From: Phoronis australis
Lineage: Eukaryota; Animalia; Phoronida
Direction: 5' to 3'
DNA length: 64,000 nt
Assembly: GCA_002633005.1 (NCBI GenBank)
Contig: NMRA01001040.1
Span: 1-64,000 of the forward strand
Shown here: positions 63,392 to 64,000 of the stretch, in pieces
How the letters are laid out: the number at the start of each line of letters is the position of its first letter
Numbering within the stretch: position 1 is the stretch's first letter
Notes under the pieces: model-generated
Told to the model about the DNA's origin: nothing
The model's input: only the letters and a program-made list of their open reading frames with translations
Databases searched by the model: none
Position numbers and translations under genes: made by a program

Positions 63392-64000
63392 GTGAGTATC
63401 AGCCTCTCTTTTATCACGAGTTTACACCATCTCGGTCTTTACCATCATTTTGGATTGTTACACCATGGAACCAATGGAGTTATACATTGCTTCTGTGGCT
63501 AGATGTACCTCTGTTAATTTGAACCAAGTGCCTAGGAAAATCAGTGATTAAAAATGCAGCTTTAAATGTCACTCCAAATTCCAGTTGGAACAATATTGTT
63601 AAACTGTTTCAAGCTGCAGTGTCTTGTTGATTTAATGCCTTTAGTTTGCTCTTGGTTTTAGATGAATGAAACAAAGTGTCACTTTAATAACTGGAAGTTG
63701 TTTTATAAAAAATCAAAACTATAAAAATACTAGGAGAGTGTAGACTTCATCTAGGCATCGCAGCTCCCCATGAGCACATGAGCTTGTGGTCTACTCTCTA
63801 TACTTGAAAGGTGACTGCAAAATTGGACCAATTGCATGGCATGCTTTGAGTTAACTTGTATTGAAATCATGTGCTGAAGTTTTGAGTCTTGAGTTTGGAG
63901 ATCAGACTGTGTTCCCTACATCATCAAGCTAAACTATTGACCTCCTGATTAGATTTATTTGTAAAGACTATATTTCATTTTCAACCTTGGGTTGCACGTG

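Overview
This is intron-rich, AT-rich animal genomic DNA, probably from a marine invertebrate (inferred from gene structure and repeat types), not a prokaryote. Most ORF-track entries are spurious or single exons, so I assembled genes by hand from GT-AG boundaries and reading-frame phase. Five genes result: (1) the 3' end of NEMF/Rqc2 (+, 2153-7907); (2) a TMEM196-like four-TM gene (-, 21494-13415), with a probable alternative last exon at 10491-10210; (3) TSNAX/TRAX (+, 29064-37086, 321 aa); (4) a 13-coding-exon, 678-aa ARM-repeat-TIR-SAM-like gene (-, 54708-40284) that keeps the putative TIR catalytic glutamate; (5) centrin-3 (+, from 58103, last exon beyond the window), head-to-head with gene 4. 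Introns and intergenic DNA hold MITEs, tRNA-derived SINE heads, a decayed L1/Tx1 LINE, a decayed THAP plus P2X7-ballast-like (Kolobok-type) element, and many minisatellites. Two Penelope-type inverted-repeat remnants carry minimal hammerhead-ribozyme motifs. One minisatellite is an array of about 25 copies of a NEMF 5' splice site. Two duplications around single Ns (16573, 30531) look like uncollapsed haplotypes. All family assignments come from motif recognition; no database search was run.
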